Positions 1 to 13,845 of a stretch of 64,000 nt of DNA are shown here, in pieces. Position 1 is the first letter of the stretch. Every line of letters begins with the position of its first letter. Both the position numbers and the translations under genes were made by a program. The DNA is taken from assembly GCA_050575255.1 (NCBI GenBank), contig JBNZDD010013722.1, forward strand, positions 8,172,880 through 8,236,879. The letters run 5' to 3'. Under the pieces are notes generated by a model. The model had not been told where the DNA came from, made no database searches, and saw nothing but the letters and a program-made list of their open reading frames with translations. The DNA comes from Harriotta raleighana. Lineage: Eukaryota.

Positions 1-399
1 CCACCAGGAATACACAATCAGCTAATAATGACTTAACAACAATCATGATGGATTTGCTTGAACCATGAGTCAACAGCCACAGGGGGAACTCTCCAGTAAC
101 CAGCGATATCCAGTTAGGTGGGGTAATGGAATACGTTTGGAACGATGAACTTTCCTCTGCCGCCATTCTCTGCGCGAATGCCCAGGTGTGCACAGAATGC
201 AGCAGTGTTAGTGAAATACTGTATACTCATGCTGAAAGCAATGATTAGTAAAGGAGTCCCAAGGGTAAAGATGACAGCTGATAGAGATGACGTTTGTTAA
301 CCCAGCAAAATACCGAGTCTTCTGTGCAACTCACTACATCATAAAGTAATATATACAAGATAAGATTCATACCACTGTATGTGACTAATATGTTACAGT

Positions 400-700
400 G
401 GAGTCCTGTAGCTCAGTGGTTAGAGCACTTGCCTTACAAGCGTGAGACCTGTGGTCAAATGCAGGTCGGGGAGAAACTTTGAGCAAGTTCCCTTACTCTA
501 TGCACTTAATAATAATCCCTCCAAAAAAACCACAATGATAAAATTTGTCATTTCAATCCACGGCTGTTTGTGGGTTACTGCTGTGCGCAATTGGTTGCCG
601 TGTTTTGCCCACAAATATACAGTCAATTCACTTTACAGTATATTCTGTGAAGTGCTTTGAGACGTCTAGAGGATGTGAATATATATATATATATATATAT
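400..700 (+). mobile_element. tRNA-derived Deu-domain SINE with L2-type tail (dominant family; resembles elephant-shark SINE2/EshSINE types)
   Basis: Head ggagtcctgtagctcagtggttagagcac (A box, tRNA arm CTTACAA); core ggctgtttgtggg..ctgctgtgcgcaattggttgccg; tail gtgaagtgctttgagacgtc ending in (TA)n. Confidence 0.9.
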
Positions 701-749
701 AATATACAAGAATTTTTATTATTATGTTTGCAGGATTATAATAATGATA

Positions 750-1037
750 ATAATAATCCTTGCATTTGATACAGTGCTTTTCACGTTTTTTTTAGACATC
801 TCAAAGCGCTTCACAGCATATATTGTAAAGTGAATTGACTACATTTGTAGGTGAAACGCAGCAGCCAATAGTCCACAGCAGTGCCCCACAAACAGTCGTG
901 TATTGAAATGACCAATTTATTGTAGCTATTTTTTTGAGGGATTATTATTAGGCATGTGATTTTACTCTGCCTGGATTCAAATACAGGTCTCACGTTTGTA
1001 AGGCGAGTTCTCCAATCACTGAGCTATAGTACTCCAC
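750..1037 (-). mobile_element. Same Deu-SINE family, tail-to-tail with the 400-700 copy
   Basis: taataatccttgcatttgata...ctgagctatagtactcc is the reverse complement of the family consensus. Confidence 0.9.
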
Positions 1038-4000
1038 ATTACAGTTTAAATCCTAAAACTGTTTCTGGTAATACTTCTCTCCTGAGCTCAGAAACATCAC
1101 TGTATTCTAGCATGCATTAAGTTTTGCCTCAACATTGCACATTCATGTAGTACGTTAAGGGATACGGTGAGAGAGTAGAGAGGGTGGGATTTGAGTAAAT
1201 TGCAGTATGCAGGCCGAGGGAATGGTTTGGGGCAGTCTTCTTAACTTCCTTTGGACAAGAAAAATTGCTTTTGAGTTAGGGCTCGAATTTTAGCAAGACT
1301 TTCCCTTAATGTCCTGAATCACAGAAAAAATAATCACTGTACAATTTTCACCATACCGCCTCATTGTTGTGCTGTTGCAATGCTCGGAGTATCTGTGCTA
1401 CGTGAAGGGCTTTATAAAAATGCAAGTTGTTATTGTTGAAATTTCAGAATATCTCCCCAAATCTCTGACTTGCATGCCATATTTTATAGTAGCACAGTTT
1501 CGAAATATGGCTGCTTGATATTGTCTACCTTGTGTCAAAATATAGCAAAATGTATTCCGGCAACACAGGATATAACTCTGACTCCAACAGCGTCAAGGTG
1601 CTGCATTGTCGGAGCTGCTATTCTTCGGATGAGACGTTAAAATTGAAGTCCCATCTACCTATTCAGGTGGATTGTAAAGATCATTCACTTGTAGGACGGT
1701 GTACAAACTGCTTGTGTTCCCCTACAAATTACAGTAGTCACTAAAACAACAAATTTACACATAAATAGCACTTTTCATGTCAGCAACACGTTTCAAAGTG
1801 TTATATCTAATGCAAGGATCATTCTACATTAATGGATCGTTGTACGTGATCTGACCCAGGCAATTTATTAATTCCTCTTACTTCTTAAATACCAGACGCG
1901 CTGCCTTTAAGAAGTAACTTATAAAGACTTTCCATTTTTAAAGCACCTTACATCAAAATGGCTAAAAAAAAATCTTTCACAATGAATCACTGTCAAGGGT
2001 AGTGAAGCAGGATTGTTGGGTCAAATATCTTCTGTCCTGTTCTTCAAATTTCTCAAGCTCTAAAGTTGTTGTGTGAGGAGTCAGACGCGAGGCTCAATAA
2101 GCCACAACACAGACTTTTTAAAATGAATCACAAAAACAGACACTGGACACCAGCTCACGTGTGCCTGTGCAGCATGACTCCTGCTTTATCTGCCGATATG
2201 CAGTGACCCTTAGAAAATCTCAAGAGTTAATAAGATCGCTTCGTATAGCATGTGTGTTTCCTGTTGTGTTTGATGAGCATCAAAACCAAAGCCAATTGAA
2301 AAAATTTAAAGAGACACCATGTGTCCATGACAAAGTGACTGGGAAACCTTTTTTTGGCCTGGGGAGGGAAGAGGGGTTGAAGACTAGATGCATTAATTTT
2401 AACTGATGAGATTGTAAGTAATCGATTCAATGCTGTGTCCCAAACTGATCTACATCTTTGCAGCATTCATGAATTAAACCAAAAGACTCACTTTGCCAAA
2501 AAAAGAAACATTTACAAGGAAGACAGGGGCAGAGCACAGAGTTACAGAACTTTACAATATTTCTTGTGAAGTGCATTGGGATATCTTCCTAACATAAAAA
2601 GCGTTTTACCAAATGTAAGGATCATCATCATGCTCCCTGTCAGTATTGTGAATACTGCATCTTGTTTATAACTGCTCTTAAAAAGATGAACTCCATTTGG
2701 AGCAAGAGGGCATTAGGTCAGAGCTGAGTCCCACAGGTCAACATGAAGAGTATCAAGCTGCCGGCATATTTCAATATTTACGGAGCATTGAAAATTCTCT
2801 GTGACTCCTGCCTTTGAGATCCCTTTAAATGCTTCAGTGATAGTGAAGCTGATACTCCCTTCAGACTTTTTTTTGTTCTCTGAGATATCAAGTGGTCCAC
2901 ATAGTAAGCCACAAAGAGAAATTGATTCAACAAATTGGGCAATGGTTTATTAACAAATAATGGTTTGTTTCTAAATGTCACTCTATTTGGTTACAACAAC
3001 TCACATCCATTACAACCTGTCTTATGTATGGCCATGTATTTATCTTTCAGTCTTTATTATAGAGGGTGTAAACAAGAACCTATCCAATCTGTAATGATGA
3101 AAGGCTTTTCAGAATTGAAATGAGCTGAAGAAAGCAAAGCAATGCAGAAAAAAAAAGCAGAAAAAGAAAAAGGTGTTTTTATTTGTTTGAGGTGTTATCC
3201 TAAAGGAGAAAAAAGAATGGAATGTGAAGCATCAAAAAAGATTCATGTGAATAACTGCATTAGCAGTAAAGATAACGTACAGTAGCTGCTGCTGGATGAT
3301 TGCACAAAGAAAATTGAAATCTCAGTGGTTTATAGATTATAATCATTAAATATGCTTTCTACAAAGGAAGAGATTCCTCTGTTGTCTAACAACCTCTCAG
3401 TAAATATTATGGAAAATATTCTCATTGAAAGAAAATTTACTCAAAAGAATAAATTTTGCAGGAAGGTAATTACAACAAGAGGAGATAGGCTGAGTAATAG
3501 CAATACTGAAACCATGGTGTGCAAGACACATTGCTTCTGAATCACATTGCTTATCGGTTTGAACTCTACATTTATTTACTCGTTGCAAAACGTGGCTGAT
3601 GCAAGGTCAACAGTAACATCGGATATCAGTGAAAGTTCTTTGCTGCCAGCTAGCTGGCCTGGTTGGCATCGCTGGTTGGGGTATATTTAGCTTCACTTAA
3701 ACCCAACAAATATTAGCCGGAGGTGAAGCCCTCTCCCCAAAAACATTTTCAAAAGTGAGACATTAGAAATCTCTGACAGAATCAAAGTTGTTTCAGAAGA
3801 AGAAGGTAATTCAGCCCATCTAATCTTCCAGAACATCCATCCCACTGTTCTTGTGTTGCAGCTTCTTTTTAAAATTAATCTAATGTCCAGGCTTCAGCCA
3901 TCTTTCCCAGCAAGCTGTTCCAGTCGTTAATTATTCATGAGGTAAAGAAAAACTTCCTCTTGGGTTGCGGACGTCTGACGATTGGCAGGATGACAGCTGC

Positions 4001-5059
4001 TCAGTTACAATGGCATTCGTAAGATATCATATCGGAGAAACAATCACTGTTGCTTTTAGTACAATCACGTCTTCAAAAGTTTGTACAAACTGGTTTGATA
4101 CAACTACAAACTTTCCCAAACCCATCTTTGGTGATGGTGCAGTTTAAGGTTAGTCCTGGATTAGGGTGAGGGCCCACCTTTAATTTAAATTGTGTGTCTC
4201 TAAACAATAAAGGAGATCAGTGCAATGGCACCAGTATGGTTTAATAAACCAAGTGTAAATAACTAGTAGGGTCAGCTGCCTGTTATCCAATGCTAAAGGC
4301 AACCTATGCAAAATCTGCAGTTGTTAGAATCTGAGTGACTGATTCTCCCAAGTCAAGATGAGTATAAAGATAGACAAACTCAATTGCTTTTGTCTGATCA
4401 ACTTTGTTTTCTTGAAACCTATATTGTGGTTGTCCTGGATCCCTGCTGTCAGATATGTTCTAACGAACAACAGAGAAGGGTAAATAGTTATAGCTCTGTA
4501 TTTGTTCTGATGGCTTCTGAAAATGTGTTCAATGAGCATTGCTTCTGTATTTTCGAAAAGCCTTGGATGGCAAATTCAGATTAGCAGCAAGAGCTGCTGT
4601 GTAATCCTGCTCCATCCAGCCTGCAAGAGATCTAATTAAAACCGATGTACCAATTTAGTCGTGTCTTCATCACAGGTGGGTCTGAATTAATGGGGAAATG
4701 GAAGTAAATTACCTACATTTGGCATGTCCAGATTGGTGGGCTAATCTGTCAGCACTGACATGCAATAAATATGGCAAGGTAACCTTCTTATTTTTTTCCA
4801 AAAGTATCTCATGTTTGGGCCAAATTTCCTTGCCACTCTGGAGAAGAGCAGCAAATGAAAGTTAAATCAAGCAAATCTATAAACTCTCTGTCAGCTGTCT
4901 TCAATTTAAGCAATGAAACTGGGCCTCATATTTTTCATGGTACATTCAGACATTGAGGTTGGAAAAGCATTTTGAATGGTGTTACTGCAAGAAAAGCACC
5001 TCATGAAATAAACTGTTTTCTGCAAGCAACACCGCTCCCTCACACATCACTTCCTTCAT

Positions 5060-5380
5060 ATAGAGATACACAGAATGGCACTTCACAGAAACAGGTTATT
5101 CAGCCCAACTAGTTCCAACTGGTAATTATATTCCACACAAGGCTCCACTCCTCCTATTCCCCTCATCTAGAACTCTCTATTCACTTCTCCCTCATGTATG
5201 CATCAATTTCCCCTTAAATGCATTGAGGCTTTTTGCTTCAATCACAGCTTCCAGCAGCGAGTTCCACATTCTCATTGCCATCCACATGAAGATGTTCCTC
5301 CTAAACACCCTATTAAATTATTAGATCTATGTTTAACTATCTTATATTCATGCTCCCTTGTTTTGGACTCACTTCAACCC
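5060..5380 (-). mobile_element. Old CR1 3' remnant; others at 6965-7200, 19350-19440, 25850-26210 (+), 48237-49030 (split by a MITE), 62940-63200
   Basis: Degenerate CR1 3' motifs (ggttattcagccca, gagttccacattctca, ttcctcctaaa). Confidence 0.6.
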
Positions 5381-5752
5381 AGAAGACTGTGGGGTTCCTG
5401 GTAATTGGCATCACAGATTCCATTAAGAAATTCATTAAGAAATACTGTAAAATTGGCTCGAATTGACTACTGGTGAGATTTTGGACATTTAAATAACCTT
5501 GTGATTTAAAGATGTGGATTTAAATCTTTGAATGGAGCCCAACATTTTTCTGTTTATGCCAGTTATGCCAACTGATTTAATGCTCCTATTTAAGTTTATT
5601 TTAAATCAATAAAGATAAATAATCTTATAGAATCTCTCTTGCAATTTGACTGTGAAGTTGAAATCAGCATTCAGTACATTCACATCCTGTCCAATGACCA
5701 CATTTGAAATACCAAAGCTTGGTTATTTAACTTATAAAGACATGACCTTATA

Positions 5753-6057
5753 GTAATAATAATAATTCTTGCATTTGATATAGCTTTTCATATTTTCTAG
5801 ATGTCTCAAAGCACTTCACAGAATATACTGCAAAGTGAATCTACTGTATGTGGGCGAAACCCAGCAGCCAATTGGCACAGCAGTGTCCCATAAACAGTCG
5901 TGGATTGAAGTGACCAATTTTTTTTGGGGTGGGGGATTATTAACAGGCATGTGGAATAAGGAAACTTGCCCATGGTTTCACCCTGATCTGCTGGGAATTG
6001 AACCCAGGCCTCTCGCTTGCAAGACGAGTGCTCTAACCACCAATCTACAGGACTCCA
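5753..6057 (-). mobile_element. Deu-SINE full-length copy
   Basis: (ATT)n tail, Deu core and tRNA head ending caggactcc. Confidence 0.9.
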
Positions 6058-9000
6058 CACCCATTTCATACTGCTGGAAGTGATTTTGTTGTAGTGCTTC
6101 CAGGAGAAAAGCAATTAGGAGTGGGAGGCCCAATATATGTGAACTGCTCCTTTTGCTTTTGCCAGCCTATGTGACGTGCACTGCATGAATCAGTTTTAAT
6201 GCTATTAAGAAACCTATTGAGGCCTAAAATTTCTTGTGGATTTAGCCCAAAGACCATTATCCTAAAATTATTTTAAAATATAAAAGTTTTACTCTACAAT
6301 AATAATAACAAAGGCAAAAATAGTCAGTTATTAAAAATTCATTTGTGGTCCAAACCGAATCACACAAACTGTACTTATTCTGAATCTTGGCCTACAAGAA
6401 ACATTTTCTGGAGGTGCTCTGAGGAGCCTGTCTCAGCACAAACTGCCACACCTCAAACTCGATTTCGACTGTGTTGTTTGACATTGATTCAATATGAAAA
6501 GTTCAGTATACGCTAGGCATCACTGGCCACTTATTAATTTGCTGCGTGAATCTGAACCTTTTCACCTACTGTACCGCTACAATCTGATGGTGCAGAGCAA
6601 CATTACTGTTGTATTTTGCTTTCATTAGTAGTCAGTACTAGTCTGTAAATGGGATATTTAAGATACCTAATGGGGGTGCACCAACAGAATTGTTTACCAC
6701 AGAATGCATTGAATTAACAAATGTTCTTTTTAGACTGGTAAAAAAAACTTTTTTTGTAGATATGTAAACAAATGTGAACAAGCCATCTTAATACTCAATG
6801 GATTAAGAGGGCAGTAAAATGTATTGTATGTTTGAATAATAAGGGGTTTAAAGTTGCAGTGTTGTGTTATTCATCAACCAAAGATGCTAAACAACACATA
6901 TGTTGAATTTAACAATCAGATAATATTCAACCCATCAATTGATCAATTGGCTCCAGACATATTAGAACATAAGAACAAAAGAAATAGAAGCAGGAATAGG
7001 CCATTTGACCCCTCAGCCTGCTCCACCATTTAATAGGATCATAGCTGATCTTTTAACCTAATTCCATTTACTTGCCCTATCCCCGTATCTTTTAATCCAT
7101 TAGAAATCTAGCAATCTCAGTCTTGAGCATCCATAGCCTTCTGGGGTAAAGAATTCCATAAATTCACTACCCTCTGAGTGAAGAAATGTTTCCTTAACTC
7201 TGTTCGAAGAATTAGAGATGGATTCCCCCCATCCCCACCCAACTCCTTCATTGTCCTTCACAATCACAAGATTGACTTGGGTGAAGGTAGTCCTTGAATT
7301 CATTCTATCTCAACCTTCTGGAACATTTACCCTGCAGTCCCTGCATCACACATCATAGTATCACAATGGGGTTGCACCAAGAAAACTGACTCTGCCAATT
7401 GGTCATACTGTCAGTCACCATTATAACAGCACATTCAGTGATTTAGATATTCAAGTAAGGAGGCTATCATCTCACTAATTTGAACTGAAGATTAAAATCC
7501 AAGTCTTGGAGGTAAACCCAGAAAAAGGTCCAACCCACTTCCCTACCAGTCCCACCTCCTCTATAAGGCATGCTTAGGGAGTTGTACAAAAAACAGTTTC
7601 ATAAAGAATTTGAAGAGGTCTAATGTCTAGAATTAAGCATAATTCTATTATTTTCCCATTCAATTTAAGAAAGAGCCATTCCTAATATGTTTCAATACGA
7701 CACTTGTGATCTATTAAAACACTTTCTAGTATCTAAGCAATTCAGTTTGTGTTTTTCTTAAAGATAGAATAATAAAGAATCTATAGCTTCAGAATAGGCC
7801 ATTTGACCAAACTGCATATCTTTTTCTTTATTAGAGTGCAGTCATTCATTAATCCAAACTGTAATTGCTTCACGTTAAATCTGTTACCTTGACGGTATAT
7901 CGTAGCAGCAATCTTTCTAATTTGCTATTTTGAAGGTGGCTGGAATCTAACCAGTTGCTTTCTTCTTGTGATGGTCCAATTCTACAAGATACTGGCAAAT
8001 GTCAAATTAAAACTGTATATTGTGCTCTACCTGCACATCACATAGTCACTACATTACACAGTCACTACAATAAATTATGAAATGTCATGGTGTACAGCAG
8101 TATTCTGCTAATTGACTGAAAATTCCATCTGTTAAAAAATGTAATTAAATTAGATATCTAACGTTGCTGACCTCAGTATTTAACATGTAAATCACAGTCT
8201 GCCTGTATTTGCATCCTTTTAAAGTTTAGCTATTGCAAATCTGCAAGCTCAGAGTGTTGCAATGTCACGCTGAATCAAGACACTTTGGGTCCATAAATTG
8301 TTTTCTTCTCAGCAATTGATGGGATTAAAATTGTCTGTGTGAAGCTCCGCTGAGAAACTTACTTGTATGCCAAATCAAAAGTAACCATCACATTTTATGA
8401 ATATTTAACACTATAGTCACGACAAATAAAGCGACTAATTAGTACTTACCATAAATTTGCAAAGCATTACTTTTATGTGAATCTGATCCACTTCCATATG
8501 AATTATTCAGTATGTTATTATAGGTTGCTAATTTAAATTGGTAAATATTAAATTGTAATTGTCTTGATTTGCCTTTCCATGGTTTGTGCTGCTGATATTG
8601 TGAAAAAAGACTGCTTCCTTTGTTTTTCTGTCATTAACCAGTTCCCTGCTGAGCTTAGATATCCTTACAATTTTACTATTAATACTTATATTTAGGTAGG
8701 AGTAAAGTTGAGTGGTTCTGAATTGAGCAATTATTCAGTATAGCTCATATTTGCAAACATTTCAAATGTTTAAGCTTTGTTGTTGTTAGTTTCCTTAAGA
8801 TGAAAGGTAAGCAACCTCATTGTCAGGTTTATATTCATCTGTATCACCCTGCTCCTATAGATTGGACAGGAATGCTCTATTCAGAAGTGAATTCCTGGCC
8901 AACAATTCTCCAGATAGTTCTCCAGATTGCTCATTCACTTCATGGTTGTTTGTGGGACATTGCTGTAACCTGGAATTTTGTTACAGCCTCATGTATGGTT

Positions 9001-12000
9001 ATCAAGAATAGAGGGGAAACAAATGGTAGAAGCATATATAGTCATAAAGGGCAATTTGTTTTGGTAATCCTTAATCCATTCCTTGGTTAATACAATATTG
9101 CTTAACCTATTCCTGTGTTAACCTTAGACTAGGTACCTTATTCCATCTTCCCTTGTTTACCTAGAGATATGTAGCAACCCAGTTGTTAGCCATTTGGTGA
9201 ATCGCTTTCCAGGGATAATAAGCCCTTCAAAACAACAAATAATAATATGTCACTGAATCCATGACTTTGTGGGATACTGCTGTGCTCAATTGGCTGCTGC
9301 ATTTTGCCTACAAAATACGCAGTCATTTCACTTTACAGTACATTCTGTGATTGTACTTTGAGATGTCTCACCAACTTGATAAGACACAATATCAAAAATT
9401 ATTTAATTCATTCCTTGTGTGGGCATGATGTTGTTTGACCTGTTCCCTGTGTTAACATAATATTACTTAAACTGTTATTCACAATGATCAGGTTATGGAA
9501 TACTATAAATGTTGCCCCATAAATAATACATGTAGTGAATGTGTGTATGACTGGTATATATTACTGGTGAGGTTAGTCACTGGTGCAGATGAACATTTCA
9601 CACTTGCATATTACCTATTGTAACACAACTGTGGAAAATATAATTGCATAGTTATTCTTAACTACTGATGAGAGTTAAGATGCTTCCTGGCATTGCGGGG
9701 ACGTTAAATCACAGAGCAGGAGTCGTTGTGAAATATTAACAAGCACCTCACTGATTAAATATCACCGCTTAAGTCATAAATACTAGGTTATTAGTTTCCA
9801 TGTAATTTTGTTTCAGTATGTGAGAGGAATACATTTACATATCATACACATGAAGCATACTTCATTTCAAACTGAATTTCCTTACCGCCTCATCGAAGGT
9901 GTAATATAGAGCAGAACATGAAATCATTCTGCACTCAGCAAATCTCTACATGGGGTCTGCATGCTAATCCCAAAGTATATTTAATAATTATGACCAAAAT
10001 CTCCAATTGTGTATCAATTGAAAAAAATGTATACTGACTGGAAAGCCAATGCTGCACTTATAAGTGTCTTGAGTGTGTCTCCTATGGGTAACTTGTATGT
10101 TACGCTGACCCTCAATGATGGGCCATATATGACTGTTTATAGGACAATGTTGTGCGCAATTTGGCTGCCACATTTCACCCACAAATATACAGTCAATTTT
10201 CCTATTCTCCTTCCCCTACCCCGACCCCTCCACCCCTGCTCTGCTCCGACTGTTCAACACCTTGGGATGTCTTCCTGATGTGAAAGGCGCTATGTAATGT
10301 AATTTTGTATTGATTTAATTTTTAAATGGCTCAGGTTTTTTTTTAACCATGATTTCACAAGATGGTTAGGTTTGCTTATCCCACCACCAACAAAACAACA
10401 ACACAATTCCATTTATAGAGCGCCTTTCACATCAGGAGGACGTCCTACCAACTACTCAGAGTTCTTCCTTTGTTTATACACCTTAAAGGATCTTTTTGTT
10501 CAATCAAATAATAATAATAATCCTTCAATTTTATGTAGCACTTCTCATATCATTGAAATGTCTCATAAAGCTTCAAAGCCAATTTGCACATCACAATGTC
10601 CCATAAACAGCCATGAAGTTAATCATTTTTGAGACAAAGGTTGTTGGCCTGTGAACCAGGATAACTATTGTCTTTTTAAATAGTGCTATTTAAACTTAAA
10701 CAACCAGTTGAAATGGTAGACAGAAGCTCAGTCGATGTCTTATCCTCTGACAATGCAGTGCTCTTCAACACTGATCTGGGGAGTGTCAGCCTAGTGTGAG
10801 CTCAACAACAAAAGTACACTTGTGTAGCTCCCTTTGTGTAGGTGACATCCCAAGGCACTGTACAGGCAGTTTTTCGGACCAGAGTTGGGGGTAGGGATTG
10901 GTGGGAGTGGAAGTTATAGGGGGAAGGAGGTTGTTCAAAAGTACAGAAAGAGGAGGGCCTTGAGGGGGTTCTTGAAGTAGGTGAGGGATGGGGGGAAGCG
11001 GACAAATTGCAGGATGGAGTTCTAGAGGGTGGGGGAAGAATGGCTGTTGGCCCATTGCAAACGAGGCAGTGGGTGAGGTGGGAAGCATGCAGCAGGCCTG
11101 AGCCCACCAAGTGGGCAAGTTGGTGGGGTGTTAGTCCTGACATGGGGGTTTGAATCCATAGCCTTCTAACTCATAGAATGTCACCAACTAAGTCAGGCTG
11201 AAACTTGCTATCCTTCAGTGAGGACATTACAATAGCTTCAATGGGGTTTAAAAGGTTCTCAGCAAGTAAATGGCATGACTGATTGAATCGGTGTAGTCAT
11301 GGGTCAGTGCAACATAAATGGAAGTTGCCGCTGGGAGATGCACTTCACATCCCAAAGCGTGTTTCCCATCATGAGGCAGCAATTATGCTGCCATTTGCAT
11401 GTTGAATGCTTTGTCAACTCTCAGCTAATGTTGTCCCATCACTTCCTCTGATGAATAATTTTTAAATGTCATTTTACTGAGACACGGTCTATTTTAGAAA
11501 TTATAAAAATAGGCAGTAGTGAATCGGTGAAAGGCTGTAATTTAGTCCTTGGGTTGAAGGATGTTCATAAACCGTTCAAATTCATATTTGTAGTTTATGG
11601 TGCCATCTGAATTTTGCAATGTAGCCACAGACTTATTATCAGTCTCCGTCATGCATACGCCCATATTTTACTGTAAAGTCATTTTAATCACACTTTTTAG
11701 GCTGTTAAACCATAAAATGTACAATTCGATCACTGTTATAGATTAAACACAGTCTGTATTGTCCACTTTCTGCGGAGAGTCTGCTATTGATCAATTTCAA
11801 TCAATCCATAAATGTAATCATTGATAATTACTTTGCTGCATTCAATTATGTGAACCTATTTTTGACTGCTTATTAAGTGAGCTATTCTTTCCAACTTCTG
11901 CTTTTTTAGTCCACTATTGCTCAATTTCAGTAAATGCTACCATTGATAAAGCAATTGAGCCACATGAGATTGAAGAACATTTTGCACTTTGGAAACACAG

Positions 12001-12773
12001 GAAACCAATTGCACTATTCCACTTGAAAAACATTGTTCATGAGTTGAAAGAACTGCCAAACTCATATCTCTGGTTTGCGTTTTTATTGTGGTTCCGGAGT
12101 GATGAAACGTGGGATTGCTGATGCTTGAGCTTTGCTCTTTGGTGTGAGTCAGCCCAAAAGCTGCCGAAACCCTGGCCTCTCGACTGGATTATTCCAACAC
12201 CCTCCTCACCGGTCTCCCCTTCACCACCAAGTTTTAATTGTGTTGCCTCTTCATAAAGGGGTGAGGCAAATCCAATCTGACCAATTATCATAATAGACAC
12301 TTAACCCATTAGGCTCCATCTGTTGTTCATCAGCTCAGTCAATTAATTGATCCAGGTTTCCAAGCATTTCATCAATCTCTTATACGCATCACCTGGCTGC
12401 ATGGCTTGCTGACACTAGTGAAGAGTATAACATTGCTGACGCACCTTCCTCTGAAAGGCACAATATAACTGCAATTTGTTGTTGTTACACATATGAACAG
12501 TGAAACAGCAGGAGATGCAGAACAAATTCCTGTGAAATGCTTTTGTTTATCATCTCTAATTTTCCATGAATTCATGTGCCTGAATCTTATTTTTGATAAT
12601 AATAATCCTTGAATTTGGTATAGTGCCTTTCACATCAGGAATATGTCTCAAAGAACTTCACAGGAATTTATTTAGAGGTGTAGTGACTACATATTTTGAA
12701 ATCAAACATGACAGTCAATTTGAAGCAAATGATCACTTTTACCTGATTACTCTAAAGAAGTGATTATGTACTT

Positions 12774-13090
12774 TGGAGTCCTGTAGCTCAGTGGTTAGTG
12801 CACTTGCCTTACAAGCATGAGACCTGTGTTCAAATCCAGGCAGGCCAGGATGAAACCTTGGTCAAGTTTTCTCATTCCACATGCCTAATAATAATCCCTA
12901 AAAAATTTTAAAATTGTTTCTTTCAATCCACAACTGTTTGTGGGACACTGCTGTGCACAATTGGCTGCTGTGTTTCGCCAACAAAAAATATACAGACAAT
13001 TCACTTTACAGTATATTCTTTGAGACGTCTAGAAGTTGTGAAAAGCACTACCGTACTATATATCAAATGCAAGGATTATTATTACTATAA
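12774..13090 (+). mobile_element. Deu-SINE full-length copy
   Basis: ggagtcctgtagctcagtggttag...tcaaatgcaaggattattatt. Confidence 0.9.
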
Positions 13091-13094
13091 ACTC

Positions 13095-13405
13095 AGCAAC
13101 CATATGCACAGAGCAATATCACACAAGCATCCATGAAATAATCAAGTATTCATTCAGGAGATTATTGGCCAGGACACTGGTAGAAGCTCCCTTCTCATTT
13201 TCAAAATAGTGCTTTGCATCTTTACCATTCAATTGATTAGGTAGATGGTATCCCGGTTTAACCTCTCATCTGCAGAACCTCACCTGCCGAAAATACAATG
13301 CTCCACATTGCACTGGATGATGCTACCATCCTAGATTGTGAGTTCAATGCTTGAACCTATAACCTTCTGACTCAGTGGCAAAAGTGCTAACAACTGAACC
13401 AGCAA
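13095..13405 (-). mobile_element. Older Deu-SINE family with the longer Deu domain (SacSINE1/AmnSINE-like); other copies at 1595-1700, 10560-11210, 20760-21020, 22480-22720, 55262-55440
   Basis: Motif tgctgcattgtcggag..gc..tctt.cggatgagacgttaaa...caggtgga..taaagatc (clearest at 1598-1682) with a different tRNA-like head (gcctggctcaattggta...gagtcagaaggtt.taggttcaag). Confidence 0.65.
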
Positions 13406-13845
13406 CAACAACAAAATTACATTTATAGAGCACTTTTTACATCGGGAGGACATACCAAAGCGCTGAACAGTTAGGGATTGGGATCCGAGCGTGGGGAAGG
13501 GGCAGGGGAGTGGGAAGGGGCAGGGTTGGGGGGTAGGAAGGGAGAGGGGTGGGAGGGTAGCAGAAAACATAATCAAAAAGGAGGGTCTTGAAACCAGCCT
13601 TGAAGGAGGCAATGGAAGAAGCGAGGTGAAGGGACTGTGCAATGGAGATCCAGAGTGTGGGGGGTTAAAAATCCAGCCACCGATGGTAGGGCGGGTCAGG
13701 TGGGAGACATGGAGCAAACTAGAGCCCGCTGAACGGAGTGGGCGGGCAGGTTAATAAAGAGTCAGCATGCCGGAGAGATAGGAAGGGACAAGGCTGTGGA
13801 TGGCCTTGAAAATGAGGACGATATTTTTTTGAAATTCATCCGAAA
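13405..13845 (-). mobile_element. L2 3' end; similar pieces at 10803-11110, 28620-28860, 32940-33230, 36880-37190, 56270-56700 (-) and 62395-62880 (+)
   Basis: caacaacaaaattacatttatagagc..tttcacatc.ggagga tail plus purine-rich 3' UTR and gccttgaa..tgaggac (FKILVL reversed). Confidence 0.8.
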
